The position numbers and the translations under genes are program-made. 64,000 nt of DNA from Callorhinchus milii (lineage: Eukaryota): positions 34,908,001 to 34,972,000 of the forward strand of contig NW_024704743.1 in the NCBI RefSeq assembly GCF_018977255.1. The letters are read 5' to 3'. The first letter of the stretch is position 1. Each line of letters begins with the position of its first letter. The notes under the pieces were generated by a model, which was not told where the DNA came from, made no database searches, and was given only the letters and a program-made list of their open reading frames with translations. Shown here in pieces: positions 1 through 12,029 of this stretch.

Positions 1-685
1 TTCCCCAAATTCTGTCATTAATGCAGAATTTCTGGTCTTCTTTGCATTTATTTCTGTTCAAAAGGGAAAAAGTACTTCATCTATTTGATTTAAATGAACA
101 ATAAGACTAGTTCCACATGATGGAAGATTATAATACAGGCACACTCAATACTTTTCTCTTCCTTTAGGATCACTATCTTTGGCTAATTTTTTGTAATACT
201 CAAAGGTTGCTGATTACATTGTTTAAGGGAGTCTATTCTTATACAGTAAATTTGCTTCAATACTGAATAAAGCAGCACAGACAGTACAAACTGGATCAAT
301 CGCCAGTTCCTAGGCTTGCTTACAAAAAGTGAAAGAACCAGAGATTACTCTTCTTGTTCTTCAAATAAAAAATAATACTACACCAGCTAACTGTAGAAAT
401 ACCTCAACCTAGTAGATGATTAGAAAACTGTGGTCAGATGTCCACATCTAAATTACATACAAGAGTCAGAAATAAAATCCCAGAAACAAAACAGATATTA
501 GAATTCTGGATCTGCTTCTTCTCATATCACCTACCATGTTAAGTAGTTACAAGTTTTTCCAGAGCGCATGACAAAAAAGCTGATCAGTGTCCATTAACTA
601 AAGAATCAACATTATTCAAAACACTAAGCAGGAATACTAATACAACTTCGGCATCAAAAATATCCCATATTTGCCATGTAAAATA

Positions 686-1188
686 CAGTGGAATCCACTT
701 TAGCCGGACACTGGGTAAATTGGATGAAACATCCGGCCCTGATTCATTTGTATTCTTACCAATTTAAATATGCCTCTTAGTTCGGACAAGCATCTGGTTA
801 ATCCGGACAACATGCCACGATGGTCACTGCTGAATGGACTCATTCGGACCTTCTGTGTCATGAGCGTCTCCCAGATAGAGATGGGAGTCACACTGCATTT
901 GACAGCTGATGCCAACCATTCACAAGCAGCTCTGGGAAGGGGGGGCAGTGACTTCATCCAGTGGACGAGGGGACCAATTAGTGGCAGCTCCAAGATGATA
1001 GACGCCTCTCAGATTGCCACTAATTGGTCTCCTTCCTGTCCAATGGGAATGGCAACGGGAGGGAAGATGGGCTCAGCAGAAGAGATGGCGGGAAGAGAAG
1101 AGAAAGGTAAAAACTTTGGTTATTGGACACAGGGTAAATCAGACAAAACTTCCTGCCCCGATGCGTCCGGCTAAAGTGAATTCCACTG
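686..1188. mobile_element. Non-autonomous Tc1/mariner (Tigger/pogo-like) MITE, 503 bp
   Basis: TA|CAGTGGAATCCACTTTAGCCGGAC at the left end and GTCCGGCTAAAGTGAATTCCACTG|TA at the right: 24-bp terminal inverted repeats with 1 mismatch, CAG termini and a TA target-site duplication; internal (T/G)CCGGAC-like repeats; no transposase ORF. Confidence 0.88.
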
Positions 1189-1429
1189 TAATGATACTGA
1201 AAATTTTACTACAAAATTGAGACTTAAACAATTATAATTATGGCAATAGAGAAGTCAGATTTTTAACATAGAACTGGAATATAAATATGCTCAAAAATAC
1301 ATTTTATTAAAATTGACTGGATTTCTCTAATAAAACCAGATGCCATAGATACAACCAAGAGACTAAGAAAATGAATAAATAATATGTACAATTTAGATTT
1401 AATACATTTATGAATGATATCCATTTTAC

Positions 1430-1618
1430 CTTTCGGGAAATGGCATTTTTTTTCTCTGGCCTGTTTAAAAGGATGGTGGTGATGTTGTTCTCTGTGGTGA
1501 CCTGTAGTGTCTGGTATGATGATTTTGGGTCTCCTGCAGTGGTGGCTTCTTTCTGGATGGGGGCTTCTGAAGAGATCAACGTTCCTACAAGGTCAACATA
1601 TTTTTGTCGAGCATCATC
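1430..1618 (-). CDS. ECI2: ECI2 coding exon 4 (end of ACBP domain, linker, start of crotonase/ECH domain)
   Basis: 189 nt, tttgtAG acceptor and GTaaaa donor, phase 0/0; translates DDARQKYVDLVGTLISSEAP...YQTLQVTTENNITTILLNRPEKKNAISRK, which carries the crotonase NRPEKKNAI motif. Later exons lie left of the window. Confidence 0.95.
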
Positions 1619-3279
1619 CTACAAATTCCCAAAACAAACACATTAGGGCAAATCCTGCAGATCTTAAACTGATGGAGTTTAAAGCGAAAAGAGAATATCT
1701 GGTGCAAGTCAATCATGCAGTTTCGCAATATGAAATATTAAAACTTAATTCATAATTAAAATCTTGTATGATTCAAGCCCCCCCGCCCACCACACACACA
1801 CACATATTTTTGTAAGTTAACTATTTCTCTTGTTTAGGTACTGTACTCCAACACAAAATAATAAATATTGTACAATTGAAAGGACAATTACCTATTTCCA
1901 GATCTCTGCCATTGGTTTTCTAAAACTAGATTTCAGAAAGTGCAGAGGAAACTGGCAGAGCTCACCTTTTAATTTTTGATCAGATGCTGGCTGTGGGAAA
2001 TGCATTTCCTACAGCAATTACTCTGCAAGTATGTTGTAACTGCTATTTTCAGAAATTAATTATTCTGTCAATGATTCACTTGTGTGAACATGGCCTACAC
2101 CCATCAGAAATTGCAGTCTAGAAGGCCATTAAGGCCACTGTGCCTATGCTATTATCAGCTTTTACACTAGCACCATGCTAATCCCAATTCTCTTCTCTTT
2201 ACCCTATCTTAATTGTTGTAAATATATTATTATTTCCATTGCCAGTCTTCGGTTGTAAAATGTACAATAGGATATCCATATGGAAGAGAAAAAATGATAG
2301 GGGAGGAACAGAATAAGATGTAAACTATGAGAGTACATGCCCAAATTGTGGATTTTATTCAGAAGATGTATTTTAGTTTCAAGATCCATGTAAGGATCAA
2401 TGAAAGACTTATCAAGCCTTTCTCTCCTAAGAGGAATAAGATAAGATTGCCTACTGTCATCCACCTAATTGAATGATATCATTAGTGATGAGGTGGATGT
2501 CAATGAAAGAGATGGAACAGTGTCTGTTCCAGCCACTACTGGTAAAATTGTGGTGCTTCTGTTTGCAAACAATGTATTGTTGGTGGACTCGCTGAGGATC
2601 TTGTGCACTCCACACCCTATCTTGAACTAGGCCATTCAACAGGATGTGGTGGCAAGTGAATAATTGCACGATTATGGCTCAAACTTCCAGTGTTATGGCA
2701 TGGTTCAAATGGGTATCTTGTAGTTGTTGATTGTTCCCATCTGTCTCGATTGTTAATTTGTACTTGTTCCAGGGTGGGGATGGGGCCTTGTGGGAGGAGG
2801 AGGAGTGTTTGTGGAGCACACCAACTCTTGCTTAAACATTATCTCTTGAGAAGGGGCAAAGGGCATTTGGGTCATTCACAACACAGATTACAAGCTGGTA
2901 TTATTAAATTTTGTTTGAATGTTTACAGAGATCCCCTAGTTAGGCAATATGCTGTCACAGCTTATAGTTACCGGGCATTAACGGAAATAGAACTGTTTAA
3001 TGATCAAAAGGTGGAAAAATTGAAAAGCGCTTATGATATAATTCACCATAACTATTTTATCGCTGCTCCCATCACATTTATGGTATCCTACATTACAACA
3101 TTTCTATCTTTTAATGAGATAGAATAAAGTACAAAGACAAATATTAAAGATCACTTAAGAATTTCAGCTTAAAACTCTTCAGCCTTATAAAGATATTGTT
3201 CAGTCATTAGTAACAGCACAAAAGCTCTTAAATATTTCCTGCTGTAACCTTATCTATTTGCCTGTTCCCTCTGTTCGAC

Positions 3280-3572
3280 AGGCCTGCTCCATGTCCACCG
3301 CCTGGCCCACCCCACCAACGGCCTTACTGCCACACCCTCTGGAACTCTATCCCAGAGTCGCTTTGCCCCACCTCTTCCTTTTGCCTCCTTCATGGCCCGT
3401 CTGAAGACCTTCCTCTTTGACCGTGCTTTTGGTCATCCTCTTCCTGCAGACCCCTTGTCCTCCAACCGTCATGATTCCAACCCCGAGCTCGGGTGCAAAC
3501 CCTTGATTGTCCTGCGTCTTGGGACATCCTCCCAACTTGAAGGGCACTATATAAATGCAATTTGTTGTTGTT
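3280..3572 (+). mobile_element. L2 LINE 3' fragment
   Basis: PTLWNS...[14 protein letters not shown] ending and GGGACATCCTCCC...ATAAATGCAA(TTG)n tail. Confidence 0.85.
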
Positions 3573-3627
3573 CTTTTAAACTTTTAAAAATACATATTTA
3601 GAATTTGATAAATAAAGTATCAATTAC

Positions 3628-3726
3628 CTTAGATATATTACCAAGTGAATTCCATGCCTCCCATTTGGCCTTATTGACAAAGTCTAACATACCAGGCTTT
3701 GGTGAACTGCAAGAACCTTGTGTAGC
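3628..3726 (-). CDS. ECI2: ECI2 coding exon 3 (ACBP domain)
   Basis: 99 nt, acAG acceptor and GTaatt donor; [33 protein letters not shown], the ACBP KAKWxAW signature. Confidence 0.96.
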
Positions 3727-5325
3727 CTGTTAATTGAAGAAAGCGAAACAAGAAATCTCTTTTTAGATGTTTAAAGCATATTTTAAACCAAAAAATACAT
3801 TCCATTTATGAACATTTCTTCATCACAAATATACCTAGACAATTTATTATTATGCATCTAGTTATTGTTAAATCCAACATATATGCTTTAAAGCAGCAAA
3901 TTTGATTGTAATATTCCTACAAATGGCACACCAGAGACAAACTACCACTAGGGGGTTGGTATAAGTCTAGGCAGACAGACGGAATTAAAATCATTTAAAA
4001 ATTGCTCATGATCTTATATGAAATGTGTTTGTGCCATTTCAACACAGTTCCTAAGGGATGTGTATCACTGCGCAAGACAGATTTTAAAGAGAGAACTATG
4101 CGAATACACTTATTACAAAGCATAACCTCATGCATTATTTTAAAATATGAATCTCTCAGCATGTAAACACATGGAGCTGGAAATTATTTCAGCCAAATTG
4201 GCCTTGAGTAAAGGGATCTGAAAGATTGTGAAAACAACTGCGACAAAACATTAACTCATGTGAATTGTATTTCTTCATTGATAACCTCTAGCAAGGCAGG
4301 ACCGTAGCCAACCAGAAGCCATTTTTTGAAAGAGGCTCTGACCCCAGTTCAACAAGCGCAATTAGAAGATAATTGCTATGTGGACATGTTAACTGTAAAT
4401 AAATGTAGCTTTCAAGAGGAGAGGCATGAGGAGGGTGCTGAAATGTGATGGAGAGCTAGCTTTGAAATTCTGCATGGAACTTTTCAGGACTTTTTTTTGA
4501 GGCCACTGCCAACATTGCTCAGCACAGACGGGGGAGTGTCGGATGGAAGGAATGTGTTGAGTCAGTATTGCCTGTGGCTCCAGATTATCTTCCCTGAACA
4601 CAAGGATGGCATTCAAAACAGGGTGGGCTAATAGCACATGGACTAACCATAGTCAAATGTATGCAGGTATATTTAATATTGTAATCAATCAATCAAAATT
4701 TGAGAATCACTCGTTATTCTTTTATTGTTAGTTAATTATATAGTTAAAAACATCTTTATTGTTAAAAACATTTAAGCATTCAAACATGGTTAGTCAATAG
4801 GCTTTCAACCCAATATGCATTTTAATCTCTACCATCAATTTAGTGCCTCTTTGTGGAGACCAACCATTTCACGTCTTTGCTTTCACTCTGATGATGTGGT
4901 TTATAGTAACTTGAATTGATATACTTAGTTGTGCCCTTCATGTAAAAGAAATGTCTAAGTATACAGGATTAATTAGAAATAAAGTCAGCATTGTTATTTA
5001 GACAAATAAGGCAGACAAACAACATAGGAAATGCTAGACGAATTAGACCAAGGTTCATCCAGTTCACATTCCACCATCCTGACAGTCGCATGCTCACATC
5101 GTGTCCTGAACTATTCATATACTGTATCCCAAATATTATTTCCTAAAGAAAATCTATCTAATTTGCATTCAAAAGAATCAATGCTGTCTGCTTCCACTGT
5201 CTCCCTAGGGAGCCTGTTACATAGATTTACCACATGATGTTCCATAGATTTAATGTGATGTGTGGCCAACGAGTTGATATGGGAGAAGGAGGGACAAGGG
5301 AAGAAATGTCAGGATGAGGAGGGAA

Positions 5326-5720
5326 TTTTTTTTGTCAGCCAAGTGTCTGACACATGCAGAAACCCATGCTTAAGACTATCCAAACCAAACTGAGAATTTC
5401 ATGCATCCCACCTACACATGGAAACTCTAGAGATAGCTTATTGGAATGGAATGTGCACTCTCTCCCTGGAGGGACGCCTCCTGCTTATCTAATTCCAGAA
5501 AGTACTGGGGTCAGTTTGGAAAGAGCCGAGGCTTGGGGACTCCAGAGTGTGGTTGGGGTACTGCTGGAGTCTATCCAGCTAAAACCACACAGATTGCACT
5601 GTTTAACAAGCTTTCCCGCTGCCAGCTAGGACCACCCTACCCATTAGGACCTTGGCTTGCAGGGCTAACTGGAGCTGTGTGGGAGGTTCCCTGCCCCCAG
5701 TGACTGGTCTGCCTTGTAAC
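5326..5720 (-). mobile_element. 3' end of an A-tailed LINE family (RTE-X-like)
   Basis: Shares the 3' terminus ...CATGTGTCAGACAC(C/T)TGGCT(G/T)AC-(A)n with copies at ~23915 (-), ~33120 (+) and ~60040 (+). Confidence 0.75.
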
Positions 5721-5983
5721 TAGGATGAAAATACTAAAGTAAATCACACAAGATGAAATAGAAATAAAAAGAAGTCATGAAAAGCTTGCACTTTGCCAAT
5801 TCCGATTTTTTTTCCTGTTCTTTTCCAGTGATCCTCTTAATTGCTCTTTAACTGTATAATATTTGAACACAACAGCTACATCAGCATTTTCATATGCTGC
5901 AGAATACAAAGGCATGTTACATACATTTTCCTTTCAAACAGTTTTCACCTTTCTTTGCTTTCCTTTTTAAAAAAAAGCTTTAC

Positions 5984-6140
5984 CTGTTTAAACAAAGCAT
6001 ATATTCGCAATTTGGTGTCATTTCCAGGGTCATTCTTTAATGTCTTCAAATGTTCCTTTGCTTTGTCAAATTCAACTTCTGTGGCTCTCATGACAGCTCC
6101 GGTTAAATGCAGCTTAACTGCTGGAAAACTTTGAATCAGT
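5984..6140 (-). CDS. ECI2: ECI2 coding exon 2 (end of targeting peptide, start of ACBP domain)
   Basis: 157 nt, tatAG acceptor (phase 2) and GTaaag donor; LIQSFPAVKLHLTGAVMRATEVEFDKAKEHLKTLKNDPGNDTKLRIYALFKQ, matching the vertebrate ECI2 pattern SFPxVxLH...MRA...DPGNxxKLxxYALxKQ; internal Met at 6091-6089. Confidence 0.95.
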
Positions 6141-6340
6141 CTATAAAATGAAATAATCTACATTAGAATTTACTTTTTAAATGTAACTGTTAGTGAACAG
6201 CATCACTTTTAGGAAGGGTTTCAAAAGAGACGGCTCATAACTATTTAACAAGCGTGAACTCATCATGTCTGCTCCTTCCACAGGCTTCACCCAGCCACAG
6301 ACTCCCTCGATTCAAAAAGTTAATTAATGTTAAACTTTAG

Positions 6341-7210
6341 AATATTTCTCTGTCATTTTATTTCCGATATTCAACTCTGATATCCTTCCCTCCACACACA
6401 TTTCTTAGCTCCAGGAGAATAGAAATCATTGTATCCTATAAAGTATTTGTTCATATCAGTCTACACCTTCCATCTTCTAATATTATAGCCGAGCAAATAC
6501 ATATTAATTTCTGTTTTGAACAAATTAATCAACTGCGCTGCTTGGGACTCTGTTATACTTATCCAATAGACATCGCGGAATAAAAGTTCTTCAAAACATC
6601 TCTAGACATTTTAATTTTAAACCCAGGGCCTCTAGATCTGCTCTAACAATCCAAATAGTCTGCTTATATTGATATAATCTATGCATTATATAATTTTAAA
6701 GACATTGATCACATTTCCATTAAATTACGTTTCTAATAAGATGAAGTATGTTTTAATAATTACCATTAACAAGTTCCAACTGTTACAGTAGCTCATATAG
6801 TACCAATCTGATTTTGCTGTCATAGCAATGGAAGTTTATAGAGAATAATACAATAATAATCCTTACATTTGACATAGCACCTTTCACATCATGAGGACAT
6901 CCTAAAGCACTTTGCATGATATAATGTAAAGTACAGAGACTGTGCGTTTTGTGGGCAAATGTGGAAACCAATATGCACAAGGCAATGTCCCACTACCAGC
7001 TTTGGAGTGAATGAACAATTTAATTTTTGAAACAAGAATTATCATCAATACAAAAACCTTTTCTATAATATTAGAAGATGGAAGGTACAGTCTGATATGA
7101 ACAAATACTTTATAGGATACAATGATTTCTATTCTCCTGGAGCTGGGAAATGTGTGTGTAAGGAAGGATACCAGAGTTGAATATCAGAAATAAAATGACA
7201 GAGCAATATT
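6341..7210. repeat. 148-bp inverted repeat pair (6341-6488 and 7063-7210)
   Basis: Manual alignment gives an ungapped match with 10 mismatches in 148 bp; spacer ~575 bp. Confidence 0.95.
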
Positions 7211-8609
7211 ATAATAATAATAATTCTTGCATTTAATATAGGGTTTTTCACATCTTCTAGATGTCTCAAAGTGGTTCATAGAATAGACTGTAAAGTGAAT
7301 TGACTGTATATTTGTGGGCGAAATGTTCTAACAACAGTAATACTAATTTACATGCTTATCCTGATATGACAATAGAAAGCACAATATTATGACATTGTTA
7401 ACTTTTAGCTAGTATAAACTACTGTTTATAAAAAGATGCATGTGAGCCTTCATCATTCTGTCCTTCAGAAGTACTACAGCCATTTATATTCAGTTGTGAA
7501 TGTCATCATGGCATTGCTTCCAACCAACAAATGTTCTCACACAATCTGACCTGATCACCAAGACAGTGGTTATACATTTATTTTTAGGAAACAATCTTTC
7601 TTCCAAAAATATCCAGTAGTCACTAAATGTATTGATTTAATATAACAGATGTCATGTAGGGAATTCTAAGAGTAATTAAACTGTGCTTTTTGATGACGTT
7701 CAGATAAATTACTTGAACTGCTCTCTTGTGGTTTATAACGTCTTCTCAATGCTTGGAGTGAATTGCAGCCTTGTAATTCCCTATCTGTGGCACTCATTAA
7801 TTGTCTACATAACGCTCAAGATTGTGATGGGATTTTCAAGAAAAAATTAAAAATAAGCTATAAAATACAACAGGAAGTCACAAGTTGGAGCCCATAATTA
7901 ACTTTGTGCAGGATTGCTAAATGATAATCTAAATTGTTAACTGAAAGATAAAAAATTGTAAAGATACAAAGTGCCAAAGATAGGTATTCCATTTCATTAG
8001 GGATATAATAGAGTAGACAAGTAGAGGAACCTAGTCATTCTCATCAGAGACTTCTGCTCATCTCCTGACAGGAATGTGGAAAAAGAGGCCCCTGAAGTCT
8101 GATGGTTACACAAAAGCAGTGATTGTTCTCGTTATGGCTTTCATCTGCAGTTACAATTACGGTTTTAACAATAAGTTGACCTATTTGCTGATGAGATACC
8201 TCCAGTAAATCAACATTTCCAATTAACTCCACTCAACTTACTTATTCACCAATATTTAAGATGTCACATTAGGCAGTTAAATATTAACTTCAATGGACTT
8301 TAACATTAAAATATAAGTTCTGCCAATGCAAAATTCTACCTCCAGTTCTGCTTTTGGACTCTGGAAGCAGGTACATTGATGCAGAGCATAAATCACACAT
8401 ATTACTGTACTACTACTACTAAATCTGGGAACCGGTTGAGGATAGCCCAGGGATCCTAATCCATTTTACATCCTTTACCACATTACATCAAATGTTGCAA
8501 CATACTGCACACATCAACTGACACTGATCCTAAACGTCACCCAGATGGTAATTCATCAACCAAACCTGCAATGTAAATGCAGAATTAGAATAGGAAGAAA
8601 ACACCATAC

Positions 8610-9580
8610 ACTGCAGATGTTGGAAATCTGAAACAAAAGCAGAAGTCGCTGGGAACACTCAGCAGGTCGGGCAGCATCTATGGAGAAAGGAAAGTATGTC
8701 AAAGTTTCGGGTCCACGACCCTTCGTGAGAACTGGGGCATGTTGGGAGGGAGAGGCTTTTAAGGGCTAACAGAGGGGGAGAGGTAGGGCAAGGAAGATAA
8801 AGGAAAAAATGGGGTAGAGCACAGGAGATGATGAGTTAAAGAGGTGTTAATGATGCAAAAACACATTAACCCAAACACAGATTTGAAGTGTGACAGCGAT
8901 TTACGTGTACTACCACCAATGTAGTTCACTGCATTCGCTGCTCACGATGTGGCCTCCCCTACATTGGGCAGACCAAACGCAGATTGGGTGATCAATTTGC
9001 CGAACTCCTCCATCTGTCTGCAAGCACAACCCTGAGCTTTCGGTTTCTTATTCACTTCAACTCTCCCTCCCATTTGCACTCTGACCTCTCCATCCATGGT
9101 CTCCTACGCTGTTTCAGTGAACCACAAGCTCGAGGAACAGCACCTCATTTATCTGCTAAGGACCTTACAGCCCTCTGGCCTCAATATTGATTTCAATCAT
9201 TTCAGACCTTAACAGCTCACCGTCCCCCTCTTTTGACCACTACCACATCATCTGGGTCCAGACACACCTTTTCTCTCTCTGTTCTGCCTATTTTGTTGCA
9301 ATTTCCACCCCTCTTTTTGCATTATTAACACCTCTACTCCCCTGTTTTGTTACAATCCCCACCTTTGTTTTGCATCATCAACACATCATCCACTGTCCTC
9401 TACCCCATTTTCTCCTTTCTTTCCTACCCCTGCCTCCCTTTTGCCCATAAGAGCCTATCCCTCCCAACATGCCCCAGTTCTGACAAAGGATGGTGGACCA
9501 GAAACTTTGATTCACTTTCCTTTCTCCATAGATACCGCCTGTCCTGCTGAGTGTTCCCAGCGACTTGTGTTTTTGTTCTA
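8610..9580 (+). mobile_element. Penelope-like element fragment: GIY-YIG remnant between inverted pseudo-LTR copies
   Basis: ~8921-9010 translates VVHCIRCSRCGLPYIGQTKRRLGDQFAE (CxxC plus YIG, GIY-YIG endonuclease of Penelope-like elements); ~8631-8860 is the reverse complement of ~9315-9578. Confidence 0.85.
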
Positions 9581-10374
9581 GAATGGGAAAAATTACCTCA
9601 AGGGTACTGTACTATTTATAACTGCATTCCATCGATCACCAGTGACAATTAAGAAACCTTACAGGAATTGCATTTAAAAACAGTTCTTTCACGACGTGTT
9701 TGGGACTGAACACCCCTCTTGACTCCAGGAAAGTGGTTTCTCCCTCCAGGGCTGTATTACTGAATCACCATTTTTCTTTTAACTACAGAGTCAATCTTGT
9801 GGATTTCTAGTCACCAGGACTGGTATTTAAATAAAAATGTGTATTTATAAAATCATTTTTAAGGTCACAATCTGCTGAAGAAACACAAAATCAGCATTCT
9901 CCAAGGCCCAATTAAAACATATTGAATTCCATGTAAGATATATATAGCAAAGACCCCTGAGGTTGTAATTTTAAACTAGATAAAAGTACGTATAAGACTT
10001 ACATGTGTAAACAGACTTTAGGAGGGTGACTTCTTTCCATTCCTTACAGTTGAGTATACCCTCCCAGTCCAAAAAACATGCCTTCATTGCTGCACTCTGT
10101 CCTTCCTACCCTTCAGCGACTCTCACAAATATTCTGATTGCCTTATCTCTATCGAATGTTCTCAGGAACCTATTTCTTGCTCATTATGAATTTCAGCTAC
10201 ACCTAGCTTTGCTTCTGCTGAAACTATTCTGCGTAGTTTACATATGTACAAACAATCAAAGAGTTACAAAGAATGTACAGTGCGGAAGCACGCCTTTGGC
10301 CCAAATAGTCAGTGCTGGTGTTTTTACTCTACATGAGTCTTCACCCATTCCTTACTCGTTCCTATCGGCGGAGT

Positions 10375-10700
10375 TTAATAATAATAATAATAATAATCCT
10401 TGCATTTGATATAGCGCTTTTCATGTCGGGAGGACGTCCCAAAGCGCTTCACAGAATATACTGTAAAGTGAATTGACTGTATATTTGTGGGCGAACGCGG
10501 CAGCCAATTGCGCACAGCAATGTCCCACAAACAGTCGTGGATTGAAAATGACCAATTTATTATTGTTTTTGGTTTTGGAGGGATTATTATTAGGTGTGTG
10601 GAGTAAGGAAACTTGCCCAAGGTTTCGCCCTCTGCCTGGAATTGAACTCAGGTCTCTTGCTTGCAAAGCGAGTGCTCTAACCACTGAGCTACAGGACTTC
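10375..10700 (-). mobile_element. Young tRNA-derived SINE with Deu-type core and L2-like 3' tail
   Basis: Head GTCCTGTAGCTCAGTGGTTAGAGC (A box) ... GTTCAATTCC (B box), TTTGCAA loop (Ala-like TGC anticodon), core TTGCTGTGCGCAATTGGCTGCCGCG, (ATT)n tail; nearly identical to three other copies in the window. Confidence 0.93.
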
Positions 10701-11254
10701 AGTTTGACTTCTACATGGGGGTGGGGGTGGCAGTGCTGAAGTGAAAGCAGAGGCATCATTTCAGAAAAGTTTTTAGGCGAGGGGTCTGGGGGTCACTGGA
10801 ACCCCCGTCGCTCTTGGATTTTCAGCCATTCGTCAATCTCACCACTCCCTTTTCCAATTAAAATGAATAATTAAAAGCTTTTTATTCCCAAAACTGCAAA
10901 AATATTAAATATATAAAAATACACACACACAAACTTAAAAAGTGCCAAGTAAAAAAATTAACACAATGGAAAAACGGAAGGCTTTGCCGATAAACGGTTT
11001 TATATTGTAAAACGGAACTTTTTCTTCAATGGTGCAGGACACACACAGACAAACAAACCATCACTCAAGTCTCCTCTTGTCTGTCTCTATCTGTTCTTCT
11101 CCTGATTTCATCAGTGAAATCATTTTAGAGGTTTGCCCACATCTCAATGAAGATTTTGATATTAATTAAACACTCAAGTTGGATGAGGCTCTACCTCCTT
11201 TAACCTTATTACCCTAGTAACTTTAATTTATTTTCATTTGATGTAATGTTTTCA

Positions 11255-11795
11255 TTACATCGAGGCTTGACTACCCAAACGCATTGCTTGTCGGCCTCCC
11301 CAACTCCTCCCTCCGTAGACGTCTGATCATCCAGAACTCTGCAGCCCGTGTCCTCTCCTGCACAAGGCTCGGTGGCTCTATCACCCCCATCCTGGCTCGA
11401 CTCTACTCACTTCCCATCACACAGAGGATACAGTTCAAGATCCTGGTCCTCACCTTCAAAGCCCTCCATGGTCTTGCTTCCCCCTACATCTGTGACCTTC
11501 TAACCCCCTACCATCCTGCTCGCTCCCTCCGCTCAGTGGGCTCCGGCGTGTTTCACGTCCCCTGCCTTGCTCGCCCCACTTTTGGCAGGGGGGCCTTCTG
11601 CACTCTGCCCCCACCCTCTGGAACTCCAATCCACAGTCTCTCCACCTCGCCCCCTCCCTTGTTTCCTTCAAGACCCATCTCAAGATCCTCCTCTTCGACC
11701 ATGCTTTCGATCTCCCTGCTTCCCCCCCCCCCCTGCCCGATCCCCAGCTCGGGTCCGAAACTCTGTCCGAAACAAAACAACAATTTTGTTGTTGT
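11255..11795 (+). mobile_element. L2 LINE 3' fragment
   Basis: SRLDY...[10 protein letters not shown]...RIQFKILVLTFKALHGLA. Confidence 0.88.
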
Positions 11796-12029
11796 TTTTG
11801 TAACCCCTTCCACTGAGTCCACTTCACATCTCCAATCCAACCCACCCCAATATCCATGGATTAGCTTTCAACCGTTTTCCCCCCTCTCTTGAATTCCATC
11901 CAGAGACCCTCTGTCTTGCTCCCCACTCACCACCTTTAAACTCCCATCTTAATACCTTTGTTTCAATCATGCTATTGGTCATCTCTTTCAATCATCTTCC
12001 TCATTTTTTCATTCTCTTTACCATCCCCC

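Noticed and set aside
10745..11060. Possible hAT- or Helitron-like fragment (GGGGTCTGGGGG...CCCCCG)
   Set aside because: No terminal repeats, TSD or second copy could be identified.
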